Source: Dicyema japonicum (lineage: Eukaryota > Animalia > Dicyemida). From it: DNA of 64,000 bases. The notes under the pieces are model-generated. The model did not search any database. It saw nothing but the letters and a program-made list of their open reading frames with translations, and was not told the DNA's origin. The position numbers and the translations under genes are program-made. This document shows, piece after piece, positions 62,601 through 64,000 of this stretch. The stretch spans positions 1,278,705-1,342,704 of the forward strand of contig RDEW01000004.1 of the NCBI GenBank assembly GCA_011109175.1, in the 5' to 3' direction. Each line of letters opens with the position of its first letter. Positions within the stretch are counted from its first letter, which is position 1.

Positions 62601-64000
62601 AAAAAATATAAAGACGATAATTACCATAAGTCGATTATGACACTTATGGAAGAGCAAAGTTATAAACTCAACCGTAACCAGTTTGATTTTCAACTCCCGA
62701 CACGGTAGAAATTAGTTAATATTGACCTAAGCGATTGAATGGTGGTTGATACCCACTTTCTGTTCTTTCATGTTCATGAACCCGCTAATTGAGTCTTCGG
62801 TTCTAATTCCGAGTTTATGACTTTAGAGTTATTTCAAGTTGAGCGACAAAGAAAACTCACGAGGGAGACAAATTTACAAAATAGCTACTTATATAACAAT
62901 ATTATCAGTTATCTAAGAAACCTCCAGAGATACGAGAAGAGTCAGAACCCGTATGAATTGGTTCAAGATGTCTGTCTTCAACAGATTCGAATTGGGGTCA
63001 CAGATGGAAATGTATACATCTGACTACCTCATTATAGAAACGCAGGTACACGCTGCTTAGTATTCTTCCACATTTTGTTGCTAAATGGTCCACTGTTTTT
63101 GACGATTTTTAAAGCTTACATCTTGCGTCATTTTCCTCCTAAAGGCACATTGCGATCTTGTATAAAGCATTCCTTCAGATCTGATCACAAAGAATTTTAG
63201 TAGGATATTTGGGATTTCCTCAGGTCTGTTAGAAAGGGTTGGTTATACGAGCTTCAATATATTCCTCAAATCGTTTTCCCTATAGTATGTTGATTCGGTT
63301 CCCTTTTCGGTTTTCTGGTTTTTATTTTTTCGTTTAAATCCATCTTCTGGTGTTTTTCCTCCGTAGTTAGCCAAACAGCTTTTTGATTTCTTTATTTTAC
63401 TAGGATCATCCAGCCAAATTCCCTGTTGTGGATAAGGTAGTGCTTAGGCACATAATGAATGATCTTCCATCAATGATAATGCGGTTGACATAAGCGACCA
63501 ATCGGTCCAGAAAAGTACAACCTTCCAAAGAAAGATTCTGCAGGAAGTTGTCATAAAACTCGGTAAGTTGAATTGCCACCGGTTGACATAAGCGACCAAT
63601 CGGTCCAGAAAAGTACAACCTTCCAAAGAAAGATTCTGCAGGAAGTTGTCATAAAACTCGGTAAGTTGAATTGCCACTTCTCCTCAAGGCAGGAAAATTT
63701 CCTGATCTTCGAGATAGTGGGATTATGGTCGCTGCTAAAGTTATATGAGGCACAGGATGTTATCGCGGACAAGACAGGAGAGCAGAGAGTGATGTCCGGC
63801 GATGTTGGTAATTCATGACCGTCAGAGAACCAGTTTTCGTTATCAGCATTTTTCCTCTTGAGGTTGGCTTGTCACCCGAAGGGGGTGTTTAGCATTCATG
63901 TCTCCGTCATTCAAAGAAGACAAAGTAGAAATGTCGGGAATTACATAGCTCTCGGGAAAGAAACCAGCTGGTGGCACGTAGATGTTCAATGTTCAAAGTG

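Noticed and set aside
63400-64000. Overlapping ORFs on both strands
   Set aside because: Inflated by a ~100-nt tandem duplication; no family recognised.

Overview
AT-rich eukaryotic (animal) nuclear DNA in the standard genetic code. Compact host genes are split by many ultrashort spliceosomal introns, mostly 20-27 nt, which explains why the ORF track is fragmented. Intron size plus animal-type genes point, by inference, to a dicyemid mesozoan (Dicyema-like). If the assembly is labelled as a cephalopod, this scaffold may be its renal parasite. Manual splicing gives about 13 genes: an intronless cyclophilin, FARP, CRAT-like acyltransferase, a coiled-coil protein, an SLC6 transporter, SDHA, a PTF1A-like bHLH, an unknown gene, CFAP276, ZMYM/WOC, MAP9, IGHMBP2 and a PDZ-LIM protein. 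Between them is dense decayed mobile DNA: RTE-like and jockey-like LINEs, at least 7 CRE-like RLE retroposon fragments, an R4/Dong-like element, hAT (Buster/SPIN-like) deletion derivatives, a 3.9-kb TIR element and tRNA-like SINEs. Two repeat families are unclassified: one has a conserved coding end '...GIT*', the other is a 70-150 nt structured repeat. Many ~86-140 nt tandem near-duplications are probably assembly artefacts. No CRISPR array, rRNA or intact tRNA/snRNA gene was found. All identifications are by eye from motif recall, and mobile-element boundaries are approximate.
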